Numbered from the stretch's first letter, positions 29,549 through 38,787 are shown. The stretch: 64,000 nt of DNA from Actinomycetota bacterium (GCA_963169215.1 CAUJEE010000124.1:523-64522); one strand, 5' to 3'. Numbers and translations: made by a program. Notes: generated by a model from the letters alone, not told the origin.

Positions 29549-30606
29549 GACACGACCTCCTCCAGCGCGCCCAAGAACGCGTCGTTTTCCGCGGGGGTTC
29601 CCACCGTCACCCGCAAGCAATCGGCGAGGCGCGGCCAGCCCGAGCAGTCGCGCACCAGCACGTCGCGCGCGAGCAGCCCCTTCCACACCTCGCTGCCACC
29701 GTGCGAACGCGGCCGGAAGAGCACGAAGTTGGCCCCGCTGGGGAACACGTCGATCGCCAGGCGACCCATCGCGGTCGAGATGCGCTCGCGCTCGCTGACG
29801 ATGTGCCGCACGCGGGCCTCCATCTCGTCGACGTGCGCCAGCGCGAGCCGACCGGCGATCTGCTTGGCGGTGTCGAGGTGATAGGGCAACACCACCTTCT
29901 CCAGTTCGGCCACCAGCCACTGCGGACCCACCAGGTACCCCAACCGGGCAGCCGCCAGCGACCAGGTCTTGGAGAAGGTGCGGGTGACCACCAGCGGAAC
30001 CTCGTCGTCGACGAGACCGAGCGCCGACCAGGGGGCGAACTGGCCGTAGGCCTCGTCGACCACCAGCAGCCCGGGCACCTCGGCGAGCAGCCGGCGAACG
30101 TTGGCCTCCGGCTCGACCAGGCCGGTCGGGTTGTTCGGCGAGCAGAGGAAGGTGACCACAGGCTGCGCCGTGCTCAACACCCGGCTCACCTCGGCCAGAT
30201 CGAGGGAGAAGTCGGCGGCGCGCTCACCCTCCACGACGGTTGCCCCGGTGACCCGGGCGATCTGCCCGTGCAGTTGGTAGCTGGGCTCGAAGGTGGCAAC
30301 CGTGCGCCCCGCGCCGGCGAAGGTGAGCAGCAGCGTCTGCAGCACCTCGTTGCTGCCGTTGGCCGCGAACACCTGCTCGCGACGCACCCCATGCAGCGCG
30401 GCGATGCCGTCGCGCAGCCGGGTTGCCATGCGGTCGGGATAACGCTGCCACTCGACCCGCGACACCTCTGCTGCGTACGCGTCGCGCCATGCCGCCGGCG
30501 GGGGGAACGGCGACTCGTTGGTGTTGAGCCGCACACCCACGCTCACCTGCGGCGAGTGATAGCCCTCCAGCGCGCGCACGTCGGGCCGAACGGGAACGCG
30601 AGTCAC
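29545..30606 (-). CDS. hisC: Histidinol-phosphate aminotransferase
   Basis: NTNESPFPPP and the PLP-lysine region TFSKTWSLAAARLGY. GTG 30606. Confidence 0.9.
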   Translation of the reverse strand: MTRVPVRPDVRALEGYHSPQVSVGVRLNTNESPFPPPAAWRDAYAAEVSRVEWQRYPDRMATRLRDGIAALHGVRREQVFAANGSNEVLQTLLLTFAGAGRTVATFEPSYQLHGQIARVTGATVVEGERAADFSLDLAEVSRVLSTAQPVVTFLCSPNNPTGLVEPEANVRRLLAEVPGLLVVDEAYGQFAPWSALGLVDDEVPLVVTRTFSKTWSLAAARLGYLVGPQWLVAELEKVVLPYHLDTAKQIAGRLALAHVDEMEARVRHIVSERERISTAMGRLAIDVFPSGANFVLFRPRSHGGSEVWKGLLARDVLVRDCSGWPRLADCLRVTVGTPAENDAFLGALEEVVS

Positions 30607-30677
30607 GTCGTCACGTTACCGATCTGCACCTGTCGGCCACGGCTGCATTCGCGTGAGCAGTGCGACACACTGGGGTG

Positions 30678-30878
30678 ATGCCCACCGACCCGACAGCCCA
30701 CCTGCAGGTGATCGCCGACCATGTCGCCCGCTACCACGACGAGGTGGCCGAGATGGTGCCGGTGCAGCAGGCCGCGCAACGCGACGACGTGGCCACCGCG
30801 TTGGTTGAGGCTGAGCGCGCGCTGCGCACCGCAGCCCGGCTGTTGCGTCGGGCGGCCAAACTCACGACCGCCGGCTGA
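30678..30878 (+). CDS. Small helical hypothetical protein (weak call)
   Basis: The ORF MPTDPTAHLQVIADHVARYHDEVAEM... has sensible composition, but I recognise no family. The start could be 30660. Confidence 0.35.
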   Translation: MPTDPTAHLQVIADHVARYHDEVAEMVPVQQAAQRDDVATALVEAERALRTAARLLRRAAKLTTAG

Positions 30879-30921
30879 ACCCGCGAGACCACTCAGAGTG
30901 ACAAGTTCCGAGGCTCTCGTC

Positions 30922-30983
30922 GGATCGCCGAAGGGCCGGTGATGCAGTCGCATCACAGACACCCGGCCCGCCGAAGCGATCGC
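30922..30983. other. Long three-tier imperfect palindrome (about 62 nt)
   Basis: Nested arms are GATCGC/GCGATC, GGGCCGG/CCGGCCC and GTGATGC-AGTC-GCATCAC. CGCCGAAG occurs on both flanks. Confidence 0.6.
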
Positions 30984-30994
30984 TGAACCTGCCG

Positions 30995-31093
30995 GAAAAC
31001 GCAGCGACGGCCCTTTGCAGGGCCGTCGCTCGGCGACACCAGGCGGCGGATCCCGGCGTCGCTCGCAAACCAGGTGGCGGGAACCTGGTTGGT
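30995..31093 (-). ncRNA. Candidate ~100-nt sRNA with two C-rich-loop hairpins and an intrinsic terminator (6C-like architecture)
   Basis: The minus strand carries TTGCAT, a 16-nt spacer, and TATAGT. Hairpin 1 is AACCAGGU[UCCCGCC]ACCUGGUU. Hairpin 2 is GCGACGCCGGG[AUCCGCCG]CCUGGUGUCGC. The terminator is GCGACGGCCC-UGCAAA-GGGCCGUCGC followed by UGCGUUUU. Confidence 0.55.
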
Positions 31094-31099
31094 AGGCTC

Positions 31100-31127
31100 A
31101 CTATACACCGTCGAGCGCAGGATGCAA
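31100..31127 (-). promoter_or_regulatory. Sigma-70-type promoter for the candidate sRNA
   Basis: -35 TTGCAT (31127-31122), a 16-nt spacer, -10 TATAGT (31105-31100). It is AT-rich against the GC-rich background. Confidence 0.55.
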
Positions 31128-31171
31128 CTCGTCACTGTGCGTGGTGGCGCGGCCGATATTTATTGCTGCTG

Positions 31172-31816
31172 TCAACACGCGTGAGCCGATGGGCACAGGT
31201 CGACCAGCCCACAATCGCCGCAGCGTGGGGACCGCGCGAAGCACACCCGGCGTCCGTGCAGGATGGTGCGCAGGCTGAAGTCGCCCCACCCGCGTGCAGG
31301 CAACAACGCGCAGAGAGTGGCCTCCACCTTCACCGGGTCGTCGTCGTCGGTCAGCTGCCAACGCCGGGCCAGTCGCCCGACGTGGGTGTCGACCGGCAGG
31401 CCGGGCAGCCCGAAGGCAACACTGCGCACCACGTTGCCCGTCTTGCGTCCCACTCCTGGCAGCGTGACCAGCTCGTCGAGCTTGCTCGGCACCTCTCCAC
31501 CGAAGCGGGCGAGCAATTGCTCGGCCATGCCGATCAGGTTGCGCGCCTTGCTCTGGTAGAAGCCGGTCGAGCGGATGATCGCCTCCAACTCGTCGGGCAC
31601 CGCCGCCGCCAGCGCGGCTGGATCGGGATAGCGGGCGAACAGCGACGGCGTCACCATGTTCACGCGAGCGTCGGTGCACTGCGCCGACAGGATCGTCGCG
31701 GCCAACAGCTCGAACGGTGAACGGTGATCGAGTTCGCACAACGCCGTCGGGTACTCGTCCGCCAGGCGGGCGGCAAGCGCCCGCGCCCGACCCTTGGGTG
31801 TGCGCGGTCCGGCCAT
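31172..31816 (-). CDS. nth: Endonuclease III
   Basis: HhH-GPD motif LPGVGRKTGNVV and Fe-S cysteines CFARSPRCGDCGLVDLC. Confidence 0.93.
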   Translation of the reverse strand: MAGPRTPKGRARALAARLADEYPTALCELDHRSPFELLAATILSAQCTDARVNMVTPSLFARYPDPAALAAAVPDELEAIIRSTGFYQSKARNLIGMAEQLLARFGGEVPSKLDELVTLPGVGRKTGNVVRSVAFGLPGLPVDTHVGRLARRWQLTDDDDPVKVEATLCALLPARGWGDFSLRTILHGRRVCFARSPRCGDCGLVDLCPSAHAC

Positions 31817-31860
31817 CCCACCCGAGCCTAGGTGCTCGGGCCGCCGTTAGCCTCGGGGCC

Positions 31861-32775
31861 ATGGTGCGCGTGCACACCACAAGGCAACTCGAGGACGAGC
31901 AACACGACCGCGTGCTCGCCTTCCTCGACGCGGCGCACACGCTCGACTGCGCCCGGCTCGACGACCACTTGCGAGTCGATCTCGCGCAAGGGCCCCGCGA
32001 GGGCTTCGTCGCCGCCCTGGCCGAAGACGACACCGGCACTCTCGTCGGTTACGGACAGGCGTCGGTGGGCAACGCCGGTTACGTGATCGACGCGATCGTG
32101 TGGTCGCTGTACGAGGGCGACCCCGACGAAGCCACCTCCTCGATGCTGGCCGCGCTGCTCGGCGAGCTGCCGCCCGAGGCCGCGGTCAGCTGGTGGGCGC
32201 ACCCCGAGTCGCACGAGCTCGCCGCCCAACTCGGCCTGCAACCCGATCGCCGCTTGTTGATGATGCAGCACACCCTGCCCGCCGGCCTCACCGCCGAGAT
32301 CGAAGTTCGCCCGTTCCGTTCAGGTGTCGACGAACAGGCGTGGCTGGCGGTGAACAATGCCGCGTTCGCGGAGCACGGCGAACAGGGTGGCTGGGACCTG
32401 GCCACGCTGCGCCAGCGCGAGGCCGAGGCGTGGTTCGATCCCGACGGATTCCTGCTCCACGAGCGTGATGGCCGTCTCGCCGGGTTCTGCTGGGTGAAGT
32501 TGCACCACCCGACACAGGAGCGGCACTGCGCCCCGGGCGAGCAGATCGTCGGTGAGATCTACGTCATCGCCGTGCACCCCGACTTTCACGGCCTGGGTCT
32601 CGGCCGACAGCTCACGGTGGCCGGCATGAACCACATGGAGGCCGAGGGCGCGACCTCGGCGATGCTGTACGTCGACGCGGCCAACACCGCCGCCGTTGGT
32701 CTCTATCGTTCGCTGGGATTCGGCACCGCCCACGAAGAACAGTCGTATCGTCGCCCGCCGAGGAGGAACACTTGA
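31861..32775 (+). CDS. mshD: Mycothiol synthase (double GNAT)
   Basis: WLAVNNAAFAEHGEQGGW, EIYVIAVHPDFHGLGLG, AMLYVDAANTAAVGLYRSLGF. Confidence 0.8.
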   Translation: MVRVHTTRQLEDEQHDRVLAFLDAAHTLDCARLDDHLRVDLAQGPREGFVAALAEDDTGTLVGYGQASVGNAGYVIDAIVWSLYEGDPDEATSSMLAALLGELPPEAAVSWWAHPESHELAAQLGLQPDRRLLMMQHTLPAGLTAEIEVRPFRSGVDEQAWLAVNNAAFAEHGEQGGWDLATLRQREAEAWFDPDGFLLHERDGRLAGFCWVKLHHPTQERHCAPGEQIVGEIYVIAVHPDFHGLGLGRQLTVAGMNHMEAEGATSAMLYVDAANTAAVGLYRSLGFGTAHEEQSYRRPPRRNT

Positions 32776-34610
32776 CCACCACCGAAGACCCAACACCCGC
32801 TGCGCCGCTCGACGACGAGCTGCCCCGCTGGAGTGTGGCCGACGTGCACGAGTCGCTGGAAGCGCGCTCGTTCCGCGAGGCGATGGAACTGCACCAGGCG
32901 AGCACCGCCAGGCTTGAGGCGCTGTTCGAACAGCACGGCATCCGCGCCATCACGCCGCGCGCCGTGACCGCCGACGACGGACGCCATGCCGACGAAGCAC
33001 TGCGGGCGCTCAACGAATTCAACGGCCACAGCGACATCACCGAGGCGACGATCTACGCCTTCCTCACCACCGACACCTTCGACGAGAAGGCGGAGGCGAC
33101 GATGGGTGAGTTCTCGATGACCAGCGCCCGCGTGCGCCCACTGGTGGCCCGCCTGGCCGAGTGGGTAAAGGCCCTCGGGGTCGATGCGCTGGCCACGGTG
33201 AGCACCGAGGTGGCCGAGCACCACGGACCGCTGGAGCGGCTCGCGGCCCGCGCCGAGCACCAGATGAGCGAGGGCGAGGAGGGCTTGTACGCCGAGCTGG
33301 CCACCACCGGGTCGGCGGCGTGGGAGCAGTTGCAGGGCATCGTCACCTCGCAGCTCACCGCCACCGTGCCGATGCCCGACGGCACCACCCCGGAGATGCC
33401 GATGGCGGCCATCCGCGGCCTCGCCTCACACGCCGACGCGGCGGTACGCAAGGCGGCCTACGACGCCGAGATGCAGGCCTGGCCGCAGGTGGCCGCGGTC
33501 TGTGCCGCGGCGATGAACGGGGTGAAGGGTGAGGCCAACATCGTCAACGCCCGCCGCGGGTGGGCATCACCGCTCGACGCGTCGCTGTTCGCCAACAGCG
33601 TGACCCGCGCGACGTTCGACGCGATGCAGCAGGCGGTCACCGATTCGCTGCCCGACTTCCGCGCCTGGATGCGCGCCAAGGCCCGCCTCCACGGCGATGG
33701 GGACACGCTGCCGTGGTGGTCGCTTTCGGCCCCACTGCCTTTCGCCCCCGCGCAGGTGTCGTGGGCAGAGGGGCTGGAGATCGTGCGCCGCGCCTTCGCC
33801 TCCTTCGGTGGGCCGCTCGCCGGTCTCGTCGATCGTGCCGTCGACGGTCGCTGGATCGACGCCGGCCCACGCGCGGGCAAGGTGGGCGGCGCGTTCTGCA
33901 TGCCGTTCGTCGACGACCGCTCGCTGGTGCTGTTGAACTGGAGCGGCAGCGTCGACTCGGCGCAGACCACGGCCCACGAGCTAGGCCACGCCTATCACAA
34001 CACCCAACTCGCCCACCGCACACCGTTGCAGCGCGCGGTGCCGATGACCCTGGCCGAGACGGCGAGCATCTTCTGCGAAACGCTGGTGGTCGAGGAGGGC
34101 CTGCGTCGCCTCGAGGGCCGCGACCGACTGGCCCTGCTCGACGTCGATCTGCAGGGTTCACTACAGGTGGTGGTCGACATCCGCTCGCGGTTCATCTTCG
34201 AGAGCGACGTGTTCGATCGCCGCCAGCGGCGCACGCTGGGTGTGAGCGAGCTCAACGAGATGATGCTCACCGCACAGGCCGAGGCCTACGGCGACGGGCT
34301 GCTGCAGAGCTCGGCGCACCCCCACATGTGGGTGCTCAAGCCGCACTACTACGGCTCGAACTTCTACAACTGGCCCTACACCTACGGGTTGTTGTTCGGC
34401 CTCGGCCTGTTCGCCAAGTACGAGGAAGATCCCGATCGCTTCCGCATGCATTACGACGACGCGTTGTCGCGGGCGGGGATGAACACCGCCGAGGAGTTGG
34501 GCGCTGTGTTCGGCTTCGACGTCACCGACGTCGGCTTCTGGACGGCCAGTCTCGACGTCATCCGCCGGCGGATGCACGCCTACGGCACGCTGGCTGCCGA
34601 GGTGGCCTGA
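32772..34610 (+). CDS. M3-family oligoendopeptidase (PepF-like)
   Basis: Zinc motif TAHELGHAYHN. TTG 32772 overlaps the mshD stop. Confidence 0.85.
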   Translation: MTTTEDPTPAAPLDDELPRWSVADVHESLEARSFREAMELHQASTARLEALFEQHGIRAITPRAVTADDGRHADEALRALNEFNGHSDITEATIYAFLTTDTFDEKAEATMGEFSMTSARVRPLVARLAEWVKALGVDALATVSTEVAEHHGPLERLAARAEHQMSEGEEGLYAELATTGSAAWEQLQGIVTSQLTATVPMPDGTTPEMPMAAIRGLASHADAAVRKAAYDAEMQAWPQVAAVCAAAMNGVKGEANIVNARRGWASPLDASLFANSVTRATFDAMQQAVTDSLPDFRAWMRAKARLHGDGDTLPWWSLSAPLPFAPAQVSWAEGLEIVRRAFASFGGPLAGLVDRAVDGRWIDAGPRAGKVGGAFCMPFVDDRSLVLLNWSGSVDSAQTTAHELGHAYHNTQLAHRTPLQRAVPMTLAETASIFCETLVVEEGLRRLEGRDRLALLDVDLQGSLQVVVDIRSRFIFESDVFDRRQRRTLGVSELNEMMLTAQAEAYGDGLLQSSAHPHMWVLKPHYYGSNFYNWPYTYGLLFGLGLFAKYEEDPDRFRMHYDDALSRAGMNTAEELGAVFGFDVTDVGFWTASLDVIRRRMHAYGTLAAEVA

Positions 34611-34615
34611 CGCCG

Positions 34616-35686
34616 ATGACCACCACTGCCGCCAGCCTCTACGCGGTCAGCCGCGACGAGCTGTCGGCGTGCCTCAGCGGCGAGCCGCGCTACCGCCTCG
34701 ACCAGGTGTGGGCCGGGCTGTACACGCAGTTGGCCGCGCCCGGCGACATCACCAATGTGCCCAAGGCGCTGCGCGAGCGGCTGGCCGCCGAGTTGCCCAC
34801 CGCGTTGACCGAGGTGACCAGGCAGGTGAGCGACCGCGGCGACACGGTGAAGTTCCTGTGGGAATTGGTCGACGGGCACCGCATCGAGACGGTGCTGATG
34901 GTGTACCCCGACCGGGTGACCGTGTGCATCAGCAGTCAGGCCGGGTGTGCGATGGGTTGCGGTTTCTGCGCCACCGGTCAGGGTGGCTTCCAGCGCCATC
35001 TCGACGTCGGCGAGATCGTCGAGCAGGTCGTGCGCGCCGGCCGCGAGGCGCGGGCGATGGGGCGGCGCCTGGCCAACGTGGTGTACATGGGCATGGGCGA
35101 ACCACTGGCCAACGAGGTCGCGGTGTGGGCCAGCATCGAGCGCCTGCACGAGGCGGTGGGGCTGTCGGCCCGCCACCTGACGATCAGCACCGTCGGCCTG
35201 GTGCCCGGCATCCGCACCCTGGCCACCAGGCCGTTGCCGGTGAATCTCGCCGTGTCGTTGCACGCGGCCAACGACCGCCTGCGCGACGAGTTGGTGCCGA
35301 TCAATCGCCGCTACCCGCTCGACGAGCTGATCACAGCCTGCCGCGACTACCTGCGCGCCAAGGGGCGCCGGCTGAGTTTCGAGTGGGCGTTGATCGACGG
35401 CGTAAACGACCGCGCCCGCGACGCTGCCGAGCTGGCCAAGCTGTGCCGCCGCCTGCCGCTGCCCGCGCACGTCAATCTGATCCCGCTCAACCCCACCGAG
35501 GGCTACCCCACTGTGGGGTCGCCGCCGGCGCGCGTGCACGAGTTCCATCGTCTCCTCACCGACCTGGGGGTGAACGCAACCGTGCGTCGTAACCGCGGCA
35601 CCGACATCGATGCCGCCTGCGGACAGCTGGCCGCCGGGCGACCGGTGACGGTCCGGCGCGAGCGCCCACAGTCGACACCGAGCTAG
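34616..35686 (+). CDS. rlmN: 23S rRNA/tRNA A-C2 methyltransferase RlmN (radical SAM)
   Basis: CAMGCGFCATG and the C-terminal DAACGQL. ATG 34616. Confidence 0.9.
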   Translation: MTTTAASLYAVSRDELSACLSGEPRYRLDQVWAGLYTQLAAPGDITNVPKALRERLAAELPTALTEVTRQVSDRGDTVKFLWELVDGHRIETVLMVYPDRVTVCISSQAGCAMGCGFCATGQGGFQRHLDVGEIVEQVVRAGREARAMGRRLANVVYMGMGEPLANEVAVWASIERLHEAVGLSARHLTISTVGLVPGIRTLATRPLPVNLAVSLHAANDRLRDELVPINRRYPLDELITACRDYLRAKGRRLSFEWALIDGVNDRARDAAELAKLCRRLPLPAHVNLIPLNPTEGYPTVGSPPARVHEFHRLLTDLGVNATVRRNRGTDIDAACGQLAAGRPVTVRRERPQSTPS

Positions 35687-35721
35687 TCGAGACGGCTGGG
35701 GCCGGCCTGATCAGGCGCGAC

Positions 35722-36852
35722 TCAGCCGGGCGGCGCCGGGCAGTGTGCCAGCAGGGTGAGGTAGGGGTTCACCGCGTCGCCGTTACCAGGGTGGATCTCG
35801 AAGTGCAGGTGGTAGGTGCTGGCGTTGCCGGTCATCCCCACGTAGCCGAGTATCTCGCCCTTGGTCACCTTGCCGACCGCGCCCCAACTGTCGAGGTGCG
35901 CGTAGTAGTAGTAGTTGCCGTCAGTGCCCAGCAGGCTGACGGTGTTGCCGCCGAGTTCGTTCACCTTCGGCTTGGCCACGCCGTCGACCACCGCCAGCAG
36001 TGGTGTGCCCTGAGCGGCGATCACATCGGTGCCGTAATGCACCCTGCCGCCAGGACGAGGAGCCAGCCAGGTGTCGGCGAAGCCGACGTTGGCCGAACCG
36101 GTGGGGCACAGCCAGTCGACGCCGGCCCAGTTGCGCTGCACCGAGCTGGCCCGGCCCCCACTGCCCGTGGTGCCGCCGGATGCCGCCGGCTCGGACGCGC
36201 TGCGCGAGCTCTTGGTGGTCGCCGCCGCGGCACGCGCTGCCGCTTCCGCCTCGCGCCTTTGCTGCTCGGCCAGTGCCTTGCGCACCGCCTCGTCCTTCAA
36301 TCGCTGTTTCTCCACCTGCTTGAGGTGTTCGACCTCGGCCTCGGCCGTCTCGCGCAGCTTCACCAATCTGGCCTGCAGGTCTTCGGTGCGGCGCTGCTGG
36401 GCGGTGAGCGCGCGGCGCTTGTAGTCGAGGTCGCTGTTCAGCGCATCGAAGTCGTCGAACTGGTCGGTGGAGGTGTCGTTCACCACTTCCGACAGGGCGC
36501 GCACCTGCAACTCCTGCATCGGCGTGTCGAACCCGGTGAGCAGCGGTAGGTCGATGCCCGTGCTGAGTGTGAAGCGCCGCACCGCCGCCTGTTGCACGAG
36601 ATTGCGCAGGTCGTCGACCTGGCGTTCGAGCACGTCAACCTCGGCCGCGATCCGCGCCTGTTCGGCGCCCAACTCCTGCAACTCGCCCTCGGCCCGGAAG
36701 TACGCGTCGGCGGCGTCGTTGGCTCGGTCGCGGGCGGCGGCGATCTCGCGTGCGGCCTGCTCGGCGGCGCTGTCGTCGGCCACGGCAGTGCGCGCGGGGA
36801 GCAGCGGGGCCGCCACGCAGAGCGTGAGCGCGAGTGCGGTGAGCGTGCGCAC
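35722..36852 (-). CDS. Secreted coiled-coil M23/LytM metallopeptidase
   Basis: Signal peptide MRTLTALALTLCVAAPLL, a long heptad-rich region, then HYGTDV and HLHFEIH. Confidence 0.85.
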   Translation of the reverse strand: MRTLTALALTLCVAAPLLPARTAVADDSAAEQAAREIAAARDRANDAADAYFRAEGELQELGAEQARIAAEVDVLERQVDDLRNLVQQAAVRRFTLSTGIDLPLLTGFDTPMQELQVRALSEVVNDTSTDQFDDFDALNSDLDYKRRALTAQQRRTEDLQARLVKLRETAEAEVEHLKQVEKQRLKDEAVRKALAEQQRREAEAAARAAAATTKSSRSASEPAASGGTTGSGGRASSVQRNWAGVDWLCPTGSANVGFADTWLAPRPGGRVHYGTDVIAAQGTPLLAVVDGVAKPKVNELGGNTVSLLGTDGNYYYYAHLDSWGAVGKVTKGEILGYVGMTGNASTYHLHFEIHPGNGDAVNPYLTLLAHCPAPPG

Positions 36853-36901
36853 GTGAACAAGCCTAACCGATGTTGCAGTCGCGTTACACCGCGCGCAGGG
36901 G

Positions 36902-37720
36902 GTGCGACACGCCTATCGTGACCGGCCGATGGCCGATCCGCTGGTTCTCTCCGGGGTAAGTTTCGTGCGCGACGGGCGTGCCGTCCTCGCCCCCCTCGAC
37001 TGGCGCGTGCGCGACGGTGAGCGATGGCTGGTGGTGGGCGCCAACGGGTCGGGCAAGACCACCCTGCTGCGCATCGCCGCGCTCTACGAGCATCCTTCCA
37101 GCGGCGAGGTCGACGTGCTCGGCGAGCGGTTGGGACACACCGACATCCGCGTGCTGCGCCGGCGCGTCGGCTACCTGTCGGCCGCCTTCGCCGCCCAGTT
37201 GCGGCCGCAGCTGCGCTGCCTCGACGTGGTGATGACCGCTCGCTACGCAGCACTCGAGCCGTGGTGGCACCGCTACTCCGCCGCCGACGAGCAACGCGCC
37301 CACGAGTGCCTGCAACGCATGGGGGTCGACTGGCTGGCCGAGCGCACGCTGGGCACGGTGTCGTCCGGCGAGCAGCAACGCGTGCTGCTGGCGCGCACGC
37401 TGATGAACGAGCCCGGCCTGCTGCTGCTCGACGAACCGAGCGCGCGGCTCGATCTCGGTGGCCGCGAGCAGTTGGTGCAGGCGCTGGCCGAACTGACCCT
37501 CGACTCCACCGCGCCGCCGCTGGTGCTGGTGACCCACCACCTCGACGAGGTGCCCGCGGGCATGACCCATGTACTGATGCTGCGCGACGGGCAGGTGGTT
37601 GCCGCCGGGCCGATCGACGAGTGGCTCACTGCCGCCACGCTCAGCGACTGCTTCGGGCTGCCGTTGCACCTCGAGCGGCGCGCCGATGGGCGCTACGGCG
37701 CGTGGTACCGCGCCGACTGA
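36902..37720 (+). CDS. Stand-alone ABC ATP-binding protein
   Basis: Walker A GANGSGKTT, signature SSGEQQRV, Walker B LLLLDEP. No permease is adjacent. The start may be 36929. Confidence 0.85.
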   Translation: MRHAYRDRPMADPLVLSGVSFVRDGRAVLAPLDWRVRDGERWLVVGANGSGKTTLLRIAALYEHPSSGEVDVLGERLGHTDIRVLRRRVGYLSAAFAAQLRPQLRCLDVVMTARYAALEPWWHRYSAADEQRAHECLQRMGVDWLAERTLGTVSSGEQQRVLLARTLMNEPGLLLLDEPSARLDLGGREQLVQALAELTLDSTAPPLVLVTHHLDEVPAGMTHVLMLRDGQVVAAGPIDEWLTAATLSDCFGLPLHLERRADGRYGAWYRAD

Positions 37721-37742
37721 CGGCTGACGCGCACAGAGGCGA

Positions 37743-38192
37743 TCAGTCGGCGGCGGTGGCCAGTTGCACCAGGCGCTCGCGGCCCGCGCTGATCTGTTCG
37801 GCGAGCACCTTCTCCAGCACTCCCCCGGTCCACAGGCCACCGCCGTAGTGCAGGTGCATCTCCAGCCGGGTGCGCCCGCCGTATTCGCCCAGATCGGCGG
37901 AGAGCACCCACGGGCTGTGGCGACGGCCGTCGACCTCGGCCCGCTCGAACACCACCCGCCCGACGGCCTGGTCGTGCACGGTGCGCCGCATGCGCAGCCG
38001 CTTGCTGCGCGCGAACGGGCCGACGCGGGCGCGCAGTTCGACGTCCCACTGCGGGTTGCCGTCGTCGGCCGGAGGCAGCGGATCGGCGCGATGCACGAGA
38101 TCGACCCACGACGGGTAGCGGGCCAGGTCGTCGACGAAGCGGAACAACGTGTCGGCGGCGCAGTCGGCGTCGAGCACGGCATGCACATCCAT
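37743..38192 (-). CDS. SRPBCC (START/polyketide-cyclase-like) family protein
   Basis: The size and the pattern DDLARYPSWVDLV...RTRLEMHLHYGGG match this family. ATG 38192 was preferred. Confidence 0.5.
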   Translation of the reverse strand: MDVHAVLDADCAADTLFRFVDDLARYPSWVDLVHRADPLPPADDGNPQWDVELRARVGPFARSKRLRMRRTVHDQAVGRVVFERAEVDGRRHSPWVLSADLGEYGGRTRLEMHLHYGGGLWTGGVLEKVLAEQISAGRERLVQLATAAD

Positions 38193-38318
38193 TCCCGCCA
38201 GTATCGCCGATTCACCGCTTGCCGCACAGCTGTCGCGCTGGCGCGCACTCTCCACCACGGATCGCTCACAGATCGATCACATCTGTCGGTGATCATCCGC
38301 TTGTCAGGATCCCAACCG

Positions 38319-38726
38319 ATGGAGGACACCCCGATGGACACAACCCCCACCCGCCACCGTCTGCGCCGACTGGCCATCTCTGTCGCCGGCATCGCGGTGG
38401 TTGCCGGCCTCGGCTTCGGCGGCGTCGCTTCCGCCGCCGGCGAGGACGACACCAGCGGCGAGCGCCCGGCAGCCACCGCTCGCGTGAGCAACGAGGAGCG
38501 CTGCGAGAAGGCAGAGGCAATCCTCGCCCGGGCCGACGCCCTGCTGGCCAAGATCGCCGACTTCGAAGCGCGGCTGGCCGAGCTGAAGGAGAAGGCGATC
38601 GAGGCCGGCCGCGAAGAGCTCGTCGAGCGCATCGACCAGTGGCTGGCCCGTCTTGCGGCCCTCACCGACAAGATCGAGACTCGCATCGCGCGGGTCGAGG
38701 CCTGGGTCGGCGAACACTGCGACTGA
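38319..38726 (+). CDS. Small exported or membrane-anchored helical protein
   Basis: RHRLRRLAISVAGIAVVAGLGFGGVASA signal or anchor, then about 90 aa of amphipathic helix bracketed by two Cys residues (ERCEKAE...GEHCD). Confidence 0.55.
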   Translation: MEDTPMDTTPTRHRLRRLAISVAGIAVVAGLGFGGVASAAGEDDTSGERPAATARVSNEERCEKAEAILARADALLAKIADFEARLAELKEKAIEAGREELVERIDQWLARLAALTDKIETRIARVEAWVGEHCD

Positions 38727-38742
38727 ACCCGTAGACAACCCT

Positions 38743-38780
38743 CGCCGGCGGCGCCCACCCCCCGGTGGGCGCCGCCGGCG
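38743..38780. terminator. Perfect 17-bp stem / 4-nt loop hairpin between convergent genes (bidirectional terminator candidate, no U tract)
   Basis: cgccggcggcgcccacc-cccc-ggtgggcgccgccggcg. Confidence 0.6.
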
Positions 38781-38787
38781 CGTGTGG

